From the NCBI GenBank assembly GCA_030390025.1, contig CM059432.1, forward strand, positions 1,860,001 through 1,924,000: a stretch of DNA of 64,000 nt, given 5' to 3'. The notes below the pieces were generated by a model. It was not told where the DNA came from, did no database searches, and worked only from the letters and a program-made list of their open reading frames with translations. The stretch is from Squalus acanthias. Taxonomy: Eukaryota. The stretch's first letter is position 1, and each line of letters begins with the position of its first letter. Shown here in pieces: positions 12,301 to 24,909 of this stretch. The position numbers and the translations under genes were made by a program.

Positions 12301-12637
12301 AGAGGTTTCATCCCCTGGCTGGAGTGTCTATAAATAGGGAGCATAGTCTCAGGATAAGGGATAGGCCATTTAAGACTGAGATGAGGAGGAATTTCTTCAC
12401 TCAGAGGGTTGTGAATCTTTGGAATTCTCTGCCCCAGAGGGCTGTGGATGCTGAGTCTTTGAGTATATTCAAGGCTGAGATCGATAGATTTTTGGACTCT
12501 AGGGGAATCGAGGGATATGGAGATCGGCGGGAAAGTGGAGTTGAGGTCGATGAACTGCCATGATCTTATTGAATGGTGGAGCAGGCTCGAGGGGCTGTAT
12601 TGCCTACTGCTGCTCCTAATTCTTATGTTCTTATGTA
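9350..12637 (+). mobile_element. CR1 LINE (end of endonuclease domain to 3' tail), interrupted by a MITE at 9528-10417
   Basis: 9360: EPTREQAILDLVL...SDHNMI (APE endonuclease); ORF 10872-12563 563 aa with all RT motifs (FADD); tail ttcttatgttcttatg. Confidence 0.95.
9528..10417 (+). mobile_element. Non-autonomous PIF/Harbinger-like DNA transposon (MITE), copy 1
   Basis: TTA|GGGGAAAAAAATTCGG ... CCGAATTTCTTCCCC|TTA; 3-bp TSD; removing it restores the CR1 sequence agtc-tta-aac. Confidence 0.85.
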
Positions 12638-12704
12638 TGGCACTCCCATCATTTACCCTTTACGGAAACAACTACTACTCTCTGCAGACTGTTGCAAAAA
12701 AAGG

Positions 12705-13750
12705 TGGAGAGACTGGAGAAGCTGGGGTTGTTCTCCTTAGAGCAGAGAAGTTTAAGGGAGATTTAATCGAGGTGTTCAAAATTATGAAGGGTTTTGATAG
12801 AGTAAATAAGGAGAAGCTGTTTCCAGTGGCAGGAGGGTCGGTAACCAGAGGACACAGATTGAAGGTAATTGGCAAAAAAGAACCAGGGGGGGAGAGGAGG
12901 AGAATTGTCAAAACACAAGCCAGCGGAAGTTACTGAGTCTAAAAGTTGGTTTGGGCTGAGATTTGAGTGTCGGTCGACTAGATCAGGAGGTCAAGAAAAC
13001 AGATGATCTGGTCATTAACACGTTGCTGTGTGTGGGAGCTTGCTGTGCGCATATTGGCTGCTGCGTTTCCTACATTACGACAGTGACTACACTTCAAAAA
13101 GTACTTCATTGGCTGTAAAGCGCTTTGGGACGCCTGGTGGTCGTGAAAGGCGCTATAGAAATGCAAGTCTTTCTTTCTCGCTCTCCTACTAACTCAGACT
13201 ATGTATTAAGCATCTGTTAATTACGAATGACAAGGGCACCGCACTTTAGGAAGGATGTGAAGGCCTTAGAGAGGGTGCAGAAAAAAATTACCAGAATGGT
13301 TCCAGGGATGAGGGACTTCAGTTACGTGGATAGACTGGAGAAGCTGGGGTTGTTCTCCTTGGAGCAGAGAAGGCTAAGAGGAGATTTAATAGAGGTGTTC
13401 AAAATCATGTGGGGTCTAGACAGAGTAGATGGAGAGAAACTGTTCCCATTGGCGGAAGGGTCGAGAACCAGAGGACACAGATTTAAGGTGATTGGCAAAA
13501 GACCCAAAGGAGACATGAGGGAAAACTTCTTTACGCAGCGAGTGGTTAAGATCTGGAATGCACTGCCTGAAAGGGTGGTGGAGGCAGACTCAATCACAGC
13601 TTTCAAAAGGAAATTGGATAAATACCTGAAGTAAAAACATTTGCAGGGCTACGGGGAAAGGGCGGGGGAGTGGGACTAGCTGAGAGTCGGCACGGGCTCG
13701 AGGGGCTGAATGGCCGCCTTCCCGTGCTGTAACCATTCTATGATTCTATT
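12705..13750 (+). mobile_element. Cluster: CR1 fragment (12705-12905), DeuSINE 3' part (about 12995-13178), CR1 3' fragment (13235-13750)
   Basis: ORFs 12517-12936 and 13227-13634 carry CR1 RT C-terminal motifs; SINE tail gtaaagcgctttgggacg...aaatgcaagtctttc. Confidence 0.8.
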
Positions 13751-13956
13751 CTAATATCCTATGAAAGCTCTTTGAGTCGGTGAAAGGCGCAAACAAATGC
13801 AAGGCTTTCTCTCTTTCTTATTGGAAAATTTATGACGGCAGATGTAATGCAAGTTTTTGGACATGCAGCAAAATAGCTTTACAAAAAATTACAGAATAAT
13901 AAAAATGCGCCGAAGTAGACGGTACGCCCCCCCCCGCCCACCGGTCCAGACCATAC

Positions 13957-14088
13957 CTGTGAAGCAAACCGGACACTTGAAGGTGCCTCCCATGCCTTCG
14001 AAACTGTGCTCAATCAGGTGACACTGCAGTTTGGCCGGAGAGTCAAACGTCTGATTACAAAGCTTGCATTCGTGGTTGAGGCCTTCCT
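13957..14088 (-). CDS. ZNF521: Internal coding exon of a ZNF521/ZNF423-family multi-C2H2 zinc-finger transcription factor (C-terminal fingers), more ZNF521-like
   Basis: Minus strand: polypyrimidine tract + ...ccaccag|AG GAA GGC CTC AAC... ending ...TTC ACA G|gtatgg. 132 bp, phase 1/1. Peptide (E)[43 protein letters not shown]. As recalled, GLNH, QTF and KLQC match ZNF521 rather than ZNF423 (GINH, QMF, KLLC). Orthology not proven. Confidence 0.9.
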
Positions 14089-14484
14089 CTGGTGGAGGGA
14101 CAAAAGAGAGAGAGAGAGAAAAAAAGCACATTATTATCATTCAGGGTAATGCGTCCCTGTCAAGTCTGTCATCACTTAGTCCCACCAGGAATCCCTTCAA
14201 TTACCAGCTGAATCACAATGGCTATTTCTTTTTTTTGCCGCATGTTAGTTTCTAAAGCCCATTAAACACCTTCTCGCACGGAAATGATTAGTCCCTTCTA
14301 CATCGGAACCGCACAGATCCCCCCGCCCCACCCGGAACAGACCTCTGACAACGTCCCTCGAGGCTGCTCCTCTACCCCCGCCCCAGGTAACCCGGGGGGG
14401 CAAAATCTTCCTCGTGATTATTTCTAAATGCTTGCCTCAAGTAACCTTAAGAGTTCTGTGCACAGCTCTGGTCAACGTACTGCA

Positions 14485-14990
14485 TAAAAAGGATACAGAG
14501 GCACCGGAGAAGGGGCCAAAAAAAATGATACCAGAACTGAGAGGTTATGACTATCAGGAAAGACTGAACAGGCTGGGGATCTTTTCTCTGGAAAAGAGAA
14601 GGCTGAGGGGTGACCTGATAGAGGTCTTTAAAATTACGAAGGGGTTCGATAGGGTAGACGCAGAGAGGATGCTTCCACTTGTGGGGGAGACCAGAACTAG
14701 GGACCGTAAAGATAAGATGGTCACTAATAAATCCAATGGGGAATTCAGGAGAAACTTCTTTCCCCAGAGAGTGGTGAGAATGTGGAACTCGCTACCACAG
14801 GGAGTGGTTGAGGCGAATAGCACAGATGCATTTAAGGGAAAGCTGGATAAACACGAGGGAGAAAGGAATAGAAGGATATGCTGGTGGGGTGAGATGAAGA
14901 GGGGCGGGAGGAGGCTCGTGTGGAGCAGAAACACCGGCACGGAGCAGTTGGGCCGAATGGCCTGTTTCTGTGCTGTACACTCGCTGTAAA
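14485..14990 (+). mobile_element. CR1 LINE 3' fragment
   Basis: ORF 14414-14989 ERLNRLGIFSLEKRRLRGDLIEVF...RVVRMWNSLP. Confidence 0.85.
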
Positions 14991-15991
14991 GGATAGCGTG
15001 CAAGTGGTTTCTCAGGATTGAAACTGAGAATTTACTGGATAAAGAATACGGAACTCTTCTGCATTTAATCCTGAACTTTTATTTTGCATCATTTTAAGAG
15101 CAAGCAGCAGTCATTGCCCAAGATAAATAGCTATTTAAAATATGGTCCAGGAATTTATCATGAATTATCCAACTAACATTTCGGGTGAGCGACGGTGGTG
15201 GGGGGGTGAGAGGGGTGCGGGTGGGGGGGGGGGGGGGGGGGCGGGGGGGTGGTGCCAAAGGGGACGGAATCCCTGAATTAAAACCAACAAGAAACGGAAG
15301 GCTCTGTGTGCACGGTAAAATACCAGGCCGAGCCTGTGCCAGGTGTCCACACGTCTCTGGGAGCTCGGGGTCTGGTTTCTGCCCGGTGCTCACAAACCAG
15401 GTGGAGGCAGAGGATTAATTTTTTTTAAAACACATAGCTGTGGCCATTTTGCGATCAGACCAGGTTTTGCTTATTCGCACACAATACAATTCCAGTATAT
15501 GAGAAGTGGACTTTATCTCCTCAGTTTTCAATTCCCCCAAATGAACGGTTGTCCGCTCCCAAAGCGGGTTAGGGGTAGTCAGTGAAATCGGGAGAGACAC
15601 GAGATGAGCGCAATTCTTCAGGCAGAAGTAACATATAAAACGGATAAGAATTTCCCACAGTGACCACACTTAAACAAAACTTCATTGGCTGTGAAGCGCT
15701 TTGGGACGTCCTGAGGTCATGAAAGGCGCTGTAGAAATGCAAGTCTGTCTGTTTCTTAGAACGTACGAAGGAGAGATAATCCCAATATAATATAGTTGAA
15801 CAGTGACGGACAGGTAAAGACCCTCGGGCCCATCCCGCCTGTCCCACACAATTGCGATACCTTGTGTATCACAACATCTACACTCCCCACCCCTCCCGAA
15901 CCCATGTGATCTCCTGGGAGAGGTGAGGTAAAAACCCAAGCCAATTTGGGGAAAAAATTCTGGGAAATTCCTTTCCGACCAGTACATTAAA

Positions 15992-16640
15992 CAGAATCAC
16001 AGAATCATGGAATCCTAGCATAATACATCACAGAAGGAGGCCGGCTCTTTCGAAGAGCAATCCAGTTAGTCCCACTCCCCCCCGCTCTTTCCCCATATCC
16101 CACCATTTTTTCTCCTTCAAGTATTTATTTAAATTTTGAGAATTTATCCAATTCCCTTTTGAAGGCTGCGATTGACTCTGTTTCCTCCACCCTATCAGGC
16201 AGCACATTCCAAATCCCAACCACTCGTTGCGTAAAAAAGTTTTTCCTCATGTCGCCTCCGGTTCTTTTGCCGATCACCTTAAATCTGTGCCCTCTGGTTC
16301 TCGACCCTTCAGCCATTGGAAACAGTTTCTCTCTATCTACTCTGTCTAAACCCTTCATGATTTTAAACACCTCCATCAAATCTCCTCTTAGCCTTCTCTG
16401 CTCCAAGGAGAACAACCCCAGCTTCTCCAGTCTATCCAAGTAACTGAAGTCCCTCATCCCTGGAACCATTCTAGTTAATCTCCTCTGCACCCTCTCTAAG
16501 GCCTTCACATCCTTCCGAAAGTGCGGTGCCCAGAATTGGACACAATACTCCAGCTGGGGCCGAACCAGTGTTTATAAAGGTTTAGCCTAACTTCCTGGCT
16601 TTTGTACTCGATGCCTCTGTTTATAAAGCCAAGGATTCCA
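15992..16640 (-). mobile_element. CR1 LINE 3' fragment
   Basis: ORF 16125-16508 LERVQRR...LEQRRLRGDL...NFFTQRVVGIWN. Confidence 0.85.
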
Positions 16641-16943
16641 AGAGTAGATTAATAAAAGAACAAGAGTCTGTATAAGTTCAGACTACATTAGATATCACAT
16701 TGGATGTAGAGATGAAATTCTCCAGCACCCAATGTTTCAATGATGTCTTTAAGAGCAACTTCCTGACAGAGATATTAAAAGCTGTAATGTTAAAGTAATA
16801 TCTTAACCCAAAGCGGCCTGTCCATTGTGTTCTAGTTTGACAAAGGAGAATGCCGCAGTGTGCAACAGACACTTTAGTGGTTCAGCTAATGACCCCTATT
16901 GGTTAATAGCTAGTCGGTTAACTCCTTATTAGTTAACTCCTAC

Positions 16944-17315
16944 GGCAAGAGAGCCCCAGGTGGGCAGAGGAAATGCTTCAAGGACACCCTCAAAGCCTCC
17001 TTGAAAAAGTGCAACATCCCCACCGACACCTGGGAATCCCTGGCCCAAGACCGCACAAAGTGGAGGAGAAGCATCCGGGAAGGCGCCGAACACCTCGAGT
17101 CTCTTCGCCGGGAGCAAGCGGAAGCCAAGCGCAAACAGCGGAAGGAGCGCACGTCAACCCAAGCACCCCACCCACCCGCCCCTTCAACCACCGTCTGCCC
17201 CACCTGTGACAGAGACTGTAGGTCCCGCATTGGACTCATCAGTCACCTGAGAACTCATTTTTAATGTGGAAGCAAGTCATCCTCGGTTCCGAGGGACTGC
17301 CTAAGAAGAAGAAGG
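16944..17315 (+). mobile_element. RTE-clade LINE 3' fragment
   Basis: Near-identical to 53355-53709; encodes CPTCDRDCRSRIGLISHLRTH; (AAG)n tail; TSD AGTTAACTCCTAC (16931-16943, 17316-17328). Confidence 0.9.
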
Positions 17316-18384
17316 AGTTAACTCCTACTGTAATCCAGCTTGTGGAAAAGAAATTTAAAAATTCCCAAAAGTACCTCAAAATAAATTCTCACTAAGAATC
17401 ATAGAATAGGACAGCACAGAAGGAGGCCATTCGGCCCATCGAGTCTGTGCCGGCTCTTTCGAAGAGCCATCCAGTTAGTCCCACTCCCCGCTCTTTCTCC
17501 ATATCAGTGCAATTTTCTTTTGTCCTTTTAAGTATTTATCCAATTCCCTTCAAAGAATCTCTTCAAAGCAGGATTAAAAATGGGAACACAATAGATACAC
17601 CATTTCTCTCCGTCCGTAAACAGCCCAAAAGAACTAGGAGCCCACGGCTGAGATGTCTATCGATTATAATATGCCTGATGGCTTCACGCGGCGCTCCTGT
17701 TAATGTAGAGCATCAAAGATGATACAGAGAGCAGTTAGCGCTGATTGGCGACCTCCCTCCACTTGCATCGGTTTTATTTAAACTACTACCTTTCCAGAGA
17801 AGCTTTTTTCACACTGTGCCTTTCTCAGAATGCTATAGCAACCGCTTGCCCTGGCTTTTACAATCCAATCATCAATTACAAATTGGACAGACAACATCGT
17901 TTCACAGTCAGACTAAACAGGCTGCGTTTCAAACCTATCAAAAATTAAATCTACTCGGATTTTCTTATCAGCGCACGCCAGCTTTCTGCCAAAAAAAAAA
18001 TCTCCCCCCACCCCCCCACTGCCCCCACCCCGCCGCCCCTGTAATTATCTAATTGAAGACAAGCCAGCGGCCACTACCCTGCTCTTCACTGAAACAATCA
18101 CCTTTCGAAACACGTGTGCAACCTTTGTTCCGCTACTCAATGCGCCCGAGAAACTTATGATATTAATCAGGACAGTGACAAGTTTCGGATAAACAAATGA
18201 ATCTGCGAATGAAATGACGAGGACGAGTCAAAGATAATGCAAGGCACACAGAAATACAGCAAGGAGCTAATATAAAGAAGTGGGGAAAGGTAAAAGGGAT
18301 CGAGAATCGCACTCGTATTTGTTACAAGCTGAAAATTCGGCTACAATAACTGAGGGGGCAGAGGAGTACCTCCAGACTTGACTT

Positions 18385-18846
18385 TTTTTAATTTGTTTTA
18401 TGGGTTTGTGGGCGTCGCTGGCAAGGCCGGCATTTATTGCCCATCCCTAATTGCCCTTGAGAAGGTGGTGGTGAGCCGCCTTCTTGAACCGCTGCAGTCC
18501 GTGTGGTGAAGGTACTCCCACAGTGCTGTTAGGGAGGGAGCTCCAGGATTTTGACCCAGCGACGATGAAGGATCGGCCGATATATTTCCAAGTCAGGATG
18601 GTGTGTGACTTGGAGGGGAACTTCGAGGTGGTGGTGTTCCCATGCGCCTGCTGCCCTCTTGCGCATCCCCTGATTATAATCGCTCAACCATTGGTGGCCG
18701 TGTCTTCAGCTGCCTGGGCCCCGAGCTCTGGAATTCCCTGCCTAAACCTCTCCGCCTCTCTCTCTCTCTCTCCTTTAAGACGCTCCTTAAAACCTCCCTC
18801 TTTGACCAAGCTTTTGGTCACCTGTCCTAATATCTCCTTATGTGGC
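18385..18846. mobile_element. 3' end of a second CR1-group LINE (minus, 18385-18660) joined to an L2 3' fragment (plus, 18660-18846)
   Basis: Matches 43168-43440 and the L2 ends elsewhere in the window. Confidence 0.75.
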
Positions 18847-19160
18847 GACAACAATGGAAAGAATCATATTCATTCCTGGTCATAAATGAACTGGATCGGA
18901 AGTTAAATAGGAATACACCCTCCAGCTGCAGCCAATAATTAGCGAAGACTTCGGCCCCGGTTTTAAGGCACCAGTTGTGGGCGGGTGAGTAACGGTGCGA
19001 GTTAGAGATTCACTTGTTGCTCCAGGAACTAGGCCCGCCAGGGGGGCGGGGGGGCCTTTTAACTCCTGCTCCTCATTTAAATCCAGGCGGACATTGCTGG
19101 GAAGCGGTGGACAATCGCTCGGCTGCTCTCTGATTGGCGCAATCGCTGCGGGGGCGGGGT

Positions 19161-19497
19161 TAGGGTTGCCAACTTTGATTGGACGTACTCCTGGAGATAT
19201 CGTCACGTGACCCTCCCGCCTCCCACTGCCCCCTCGCTCCCGCCAGTGGTCGCCCGAAACGCCCAACTTCACATCACCCCCACCAATCGTAAGTCTTCAT
19301 GACCCCACATTGGATGATTCTGGGCTGTCAGTGGGACAGCCTTTTTCACCCCCGTACCCAATTTTTTGTAACTAGAAGTGTTGAATGAGAGATAAAAAAG
19401 CGCCGCAATAATCTTTCTCCCTCGTTCGCTGGAACCCTGGAGATTTGTCTTTAATTCCTGGAGACTGCAGGACGATCCTGGAGTGTTGGCAACCCTT
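19161..19497. mobile_element. hAT-like MITE (TAGGGTTGCCA termini)
   Basis: TAGGGTTGCCAAC ... GTTGGCAACCCT terminal inverted repeats; no clear TSD; partial relative at about 33186-33400. Confidence 0.65.
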
Positions 19498-19611
19498 GTG
19501 GGGCTGGGGGTGAGGGGAGGGGCGGTGGGAAACGAGGTCTAAGGTCTCCCTGTGGGACCCGGGGAAGCTCTCCAGCTAGTCCTCACCGCACGAGGAAGAT
19601 GAAAGATGACT

Positions 19612-21382
19612 TAGAATCATAGAATGGTTACAGCACAGAAGGAGGCCATTCGGCCCGTCGAGCCCGTGCCGGCTCTCTGCAAGAGCACTTCAGCTAGTCC
19701 CACTCCCCCCGCCCTTTCCCCGTAGCCCTGCAAATTTTTTTCCTTCAGGTACTTATCCAACTCCCTTTTGAAAGCCACGATTGAATCTGCCTCCACCACC
19801 CTCTCAGGCAGTGCATTCCAGATCATAACCACTCGCTGAGTAAAAAAGTTTTTCCTCAGGTCGCCTTTAGATCTTCTGCCAATCACCTTCAATCTGTGTC
19901 CTCTGGTTCTTAATCCATCTGCCAATGGGAACAGTTTCTCTCGATCTACTCTGTCCAGACCCCTCATGATTTTGAACACCTCAATCAAATCTCCTCTCAG
20001 CCTTCTCTGCTCCAAGGAGAACAACCCCAGCTTCTCCAGTCTATCCACGTAACTGAAGTCCCTCATCCCTGGAACCATTACATACATATTATATAGGATT
20101 ACACAGGATATACGGCACAGAAACAGGCCATTCGGCCCAACCAGTCCATGCCGGCGTTTATGCTCCACTCGAGCCTCCTCCCGTCTTTCCTCATCTAACT
20201 CTATCAGCGTAACCCTCGATTCCCTTCTCCCTCATATGCTTGTCTAGCCTCCCCTTAAATGCATCTATACTATTTGCTTCAACCACTCCCTGTGGTAGCG
20301 AGTTCCACATTCTCACCACTCTTTGGGTAAAGAAGTTTCTTCTGAATTCCCTATTGGATTTCTTGGTGACTATCTTATATTGATGGCCTCTAGTTATGCT
20401 CTTCCCCACAAGTGGAATCATTCTTGTAAATCTTTTCTGCACCCTCTCTAAGGCCTTCACATCCTTCCTAAAGTGCGGTGCCCAGAATTGGACACAATAC
20501 TCCAGTTGTGGCTGAACCAGTGTTTTATAAAGGTTCATCATAATTTGCTTGCTTTTGTATTCTATACCTCTATTTATGAAGCCCATGATCCCATAAGCTT
20601 TTTTAGCCGCTTTCTCAACCTGCCCTGCCACCTTCAACAATTTGTGCACATATACTCCCAGGTCTCTCTGTTTATGCACCCTCTTTAGAATTGTCACCTT
20701 TAGATTATATTGCCTCTCCTCATTCTTCCTAAAAATGTATCACTTCACACTTCTCTGCGTTAAATTTCATCTGCCACGTGTCCGCCCATTCCACCAGCCT
20801 GTCTATGTCTTCCTGAAGACTATCACTCTCCTCCTCACTGTTCACTATACTTCCAAGTTTTGTGTCATCTGCAAATTTTGAAATTGTGCCCTGTACTCCC
20901 AAGTCCAAGTCATTAATATACATCAAGAAAAGCAGTGGTCCTAGAACCGACCCCTGGGGAACACCACTGTATACCTTCCTCCAGTCCGAAAAACAACCGT
21001 TCACCACTACTCTCTGTTTCCTGTCACTTAGTCAATTTCGTATCCATACTGCCACTGTCCCTTTTATTCCATGGGCTTCAACTTTGTTAGCGAGCCTATT
21101 ATGTGGCACTTTATCAAACACCTTTTGGAAATCCATCTACACCACGTCAAGCGCATTGCCCTCATCAACCCTCTCTGTTACCTCATCAAAAAACTCGATC
21201 AAGTTAGTTAAACACGATTTGCCTTTAACAAATCTATGCTGGCTTTCCTTAATTAATCCACACTTGTCCAAGTGACTGTTAATTTTGTCCCGGATTATTG
21301 TTTCTAAAAGCTTCTCCACCACTGAGGTTAAACTGACTGGCCTGTAGTTGCTGGGTTTATCCTTACATCCTTTTTTGAACAT
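19612..21382 (-). mobile_element. CR1 LINE RT region with another CR1 3' end nested at about 20080-20415
   Basis: ORFs 21137-21385, 20729-21007 (GVPQGSVLGP, FADD) and 19617-20168; nested copy flanked by tggaaccatt/tggaatcatt. Confidence 0.9.
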
Positions 21383-21596
21383 CATTTGTCATTCTGGGAT
21401 CCTCAGACCTCGATCCCCTTTGCCCACTAGCTTGGTGCTGGAGGGAAGCTCACTGCCGCTTCCCGCTCAGACCACCTAGTCCCAACTGCAGTAGGGTGTC
21501 GACTTGCATGAGTTAAAAAGGACCCTCACCCCTCCACTCATTGTCCCCGCTTTGGGAGGCTATGCTTTCCCTTTGCTCAGGAGAGCAGGTGAAAAA

Positions 21597-22097
21597 GAAA
21601 TAAAGACTTGCATTTATATAGCGCCTTTCACCACCTCGGGACGTCTCAAAGCGCTTTACAGCCAATGAAGTACTTTTTGAAGTGGAGTCACTGTTATAAT
21701 GTAGGAAACGCGGCAACCAATTTTGCGCAAAGCAAGCTCCCACAAACAGCAATGTGATAATGACCAGATAATCTGTTTTAGTGATGTTGATTGAGGGATT
21801 AATATTGGCCAGGACACCGGGGATAATTCTCCTGCTCTTCTTCGAAATAGTGGCTGTAGGATCTTTCACGTCCACCTGAGAGAGCAGACGGGACCTCGGT
21901 TTAACGTCTCATCCGAAAGACAGCACCTCCGACAGTGCAGCGCTCCCTCAGTACTGCCCCTCCGACAGTGCAGCGCTCGCTCGGTACTGACCCTCCGACA
22001 GTGCAGCGCTCGCTCTGTACTGCACTGGGAGCGTCGGCCTAGATTACGGGCTCTGGTTTTCGGATTGGAACTCGAACCCACGACCTTCTGACTCAGG
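21597..22097 (-). mobile_element. DeuSINE copy with about 3 copies of the 33-bp internal repeat
   Basis: Full head-body-tail match to other copies; ctccgacagtgcagcgctc repeated at 21927-22020. Confidence 0.85.
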
Positions 22098-22261
22098 GAA
22101 TATCTGAACCAATCATCTCTCAGTGGCTCCAGGGCGGGTCAGTAACCTGGGTGATTTTAACTGCCCACCTACCCAGTGTACGCTGGCAATGGAGGGCTAA
22201 ATCACCCCCTTAAGTCGTGCATACTCCTGAAATCTAAAAGGAATAGAAGCAAATGTCTCAT

Positions 22262-22695
22262 TAGGCTTGTCTTCCCTTGAGTGTAGAAGATTAAGGGGTG
22301 GTCTAATCGAGGTGTTTAAGATGATTAAAGGAGTTGATAGGGTGGATAGAGAGAAACTATTTCCTCTGGTGGGTAGAGTCCAGAACAAGGGGGCATCACC
22401 TTAAAATTAGAGCCAGGCCATTCAGGGGTGATGTCAGGAAGCACTTCTTCACACAAAGGGTGGTGGAAATCTGGAACTCTCTCCCTCAAAAAGCTGTTGA
22501 GGCTGCGGGGTGGGGGGGGGGGGGGGGGGTCAATTGAAAATTTCAAAACTAAGATTGATAGAATTTTGTTAGGCAAAGGGTATTAAGGGTTACAGAACCA
22601 AGGCAGGCAGATGGAGTTAAGATACAGATCAGCCACGATCTAACTGAATTGCGGAAGAGGCTCGAGGGGCCGAATGGCCTGCTCCTGTTCCTGTG
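22262..22695 (+). mobile_element. CR1 LINE 3' fragment
   Basis: ORF 22334-22537 RKHFFTQRVVEIWNSLP. Confidence 0.8.
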
Positions 22696-23129
22696 CTCCT
22701 CACTCTGTCCTCTCTCCCTTTCAATGAAAGGTCTTCATTGGGGTTATTTTTGGAAATCATGCAGCGTGCAAAAACATTCACATACACACAAATAGTGTAA
22801 ATGTTAAACAACCCCAAAAACAGACCCTTCAGCTTGTAATAAATGGACCTTTTGACTGTGGTGCGCAGTTTATTTACACGAGTTTGCACCATCACTTAAA
22901 TGTTTGTGAATTTTTGACATTCCACAAATCTTGCATCTTGTAAAAGTAAGAAATTTTCCACCATGCTCCATTTTGAATAAATCGAGTGTCCCAAGGAGAG
23001 AAAATCACACCTGCCTTAACCGTAATCCACAGGGACTCAGTGCTTATAGACACAGAAGGTTCTGCTGATAGGGTGGGACCAAGGAGGGGGTGGGAGGAGG
23101 CTGGCGTGGAGCATAAAGACCGGCGGAGC

Positions 23130-24070
23130 GCAGCGCTCGCTCAGTACTGTCCCTCCGACAGTGCGGCGCTCCCTCAGTACTGCCCCTCCGACAGTGCGGC
23201 GCTCCCTCAGTACTGCCCCTCCGACAGTGCAGTACTCCCTCAGTACTGCCCCTCCAACAGTGCGGCGTTCCCTCAGTACTGCCCCTCCGACAGTGTGGCG
23301 CTCCCTCTGTACTGCCCCTCCGACAGTGCAGCACTCCCTCAGTACTGCCCCTCCGACAGTGCGGCGCTCCCTCAGTACTGCCCCTCCGACAGTGCAGCAC
23401 TCCCTCAGTACTGCCCCTCCGACAGTGCGGCGCTCCCTCAGTACTGCCCCTCCGACAGTGCGGCGCTCCCTCAGTACTGCCCCTCCGACAGTGCGGCGCT
23501 CCCTCAGTACTGCCCCTCCGACAGTGCGGCGCTCCCTCAGTACAGCCCTTCCGACAGTGCGGCGCTCCCTCAGTACAGCCCCTCTGACAGTGCGGCACTC
23601 CCTCAGTACTGCCCCTCCGACAGTGCAGCACTCCCTCAGTACTGCCCCTCCGACAGTGCGGCGCTCCCTCAGTACTGCCCCTCCGACAGTGCGGCGCTCC
23701 CTCAGTACTGCCCCTCCGACAGTGTGGCGCTCCCTCAGTACTGCCCCTCCGACAGTGCGGCGCTCCCTCAGTACAGCCCTTCCGACAGTGCGGCGCTCCC
23801 TCAGTACAGCCCCTCCGACAGTGCGGCACTCCCTCAGTACTGCCCCTCCGACAGTGCGGCGCTTCCTCAGTACTGCCCCTCCAACAGTGCAGCACTCCCT
23901 CAGTACTGCCCCTCCGACAGTGCGGCGCTCCCTCAGTACTGCCCCTCCGACAGTGCGGCGCTCTCTCAGTACTGCCCCTCCGACAGTGCCGCGCTCCCTC
24001 AGTACTGCCCCTCCGACAGTGCAGCACTCCCTCAGTACTGTCCCTCCGACAGTGCAGCGCTCCCTCAGCA
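23130..24070 (-). repeat. 33-bp minisatellite (about 28 copies) inside a DeuSINE 5' half (SINE head continues to about 24198)
   Basis: Unit CCTCCGACAGTGCGGCGCTCCCTCAGTACTGCC; 11-aa periodic ORFs. Confidence 0.95.
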
Positions 24071-24909
24071 CTTGCAGTGGGAGAGTCGGCCTGGATTTTT
24101 GTGCTCAAGTCTGTGGAGCAGGACTTGAACCCACGACCTTCTGACTCACGAGGCGAGAGAGAGAGAGAGAGAGTGCTGCCCCCGGAGCCACGGCTGACAA
24201 CTTCACACAGCTAGCGTTCTGACAGCCTACCTTTGTTTCTTAATGAATGAACTTTCATTTAGGAAGTGAACCGCTCTTGATGAAACAGAATGAATATTAT
24301 TTCACATCCAGTCAGCCATTCATTACACTAAAGTTTCCTAATCAAAATTTTTGGGACTGCTGAAGTGCGCAAAGTAAAATTAGCCTCGAGCCCAATATAG
24401 TAGCCTAGATGGTGCCAAACTAAAGAGATTCTCTGGACTGCCAATTTTTTAATATAAATATAATTTTTTAATGTTTTAAACTTTATTTTGGAGGTGAAAT
24501 AAAATTGTACACTGGACTGCGCTATTGATCAAGCACATCAGACTGAGTTGATACAAGCTCTCTCTCCACCTCAAAGCACTCAGGAATTCTTTAGTCTCAG
24601 ATTCTGACAGCACTAACGGTACACAGCTCTCACTGACAGAAAATACACAGAGTATATTTTGTTTTTCTTGACAGTATTAGCTGTGTAGTATTAGCCTGTC
24701 AGTTTTTAAAAAAATATAGAGACAGCATCAGGCTGTATGGCCCAGAGCGTTTACAACCCTCACCGACTTGTCACGTTACTGCAAAGCACCGAATGGGCAA
24801 AAAAAAAAGTTTCCTTCCATCAGTTGCCACAAGGCGAGTGGATGTGGGGGTTAGTTCATCAAGTCATTAACTGCTTACAGTAACTTGGTGATCGAGTACA
24901 GCAGCAACA

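Noticed and set aside
10872..12563. RT ORFs as host genes or fully active elements (also 4599-6140, 28027-29205)
   Set aside because: CR1 ORF2 remnants, 5'-truncated, with frameshifts or MITE insertions.
13889..14140. 83-aa stand-alone zinc-finger ORF
   Set aside because: Only 13957-14088 is exonic; the flanks are a polypyrimidine tract and intron read-through.
15196..15255. Poly-G / G-quadruplex-like tract
   Set aside because: Simple G homopolymer runs occur at several places in the window; no evidence of function, and homopolymer length is error-prone.
23130..24070. CRISPR-like array (33-bp repeats with internal palindrome)
   Set aside because: Units are head-to-tail with no unique spacers; vertebrate DNA; no cas genes.
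22986..24144. 300-380 aa repetitive ORFs in several frames (also 37152-38273, 25753-26544)
   Set aside because: Translation of a 33-bp minisatellite inside a SINE; open on both strands, with no splice or gene context.
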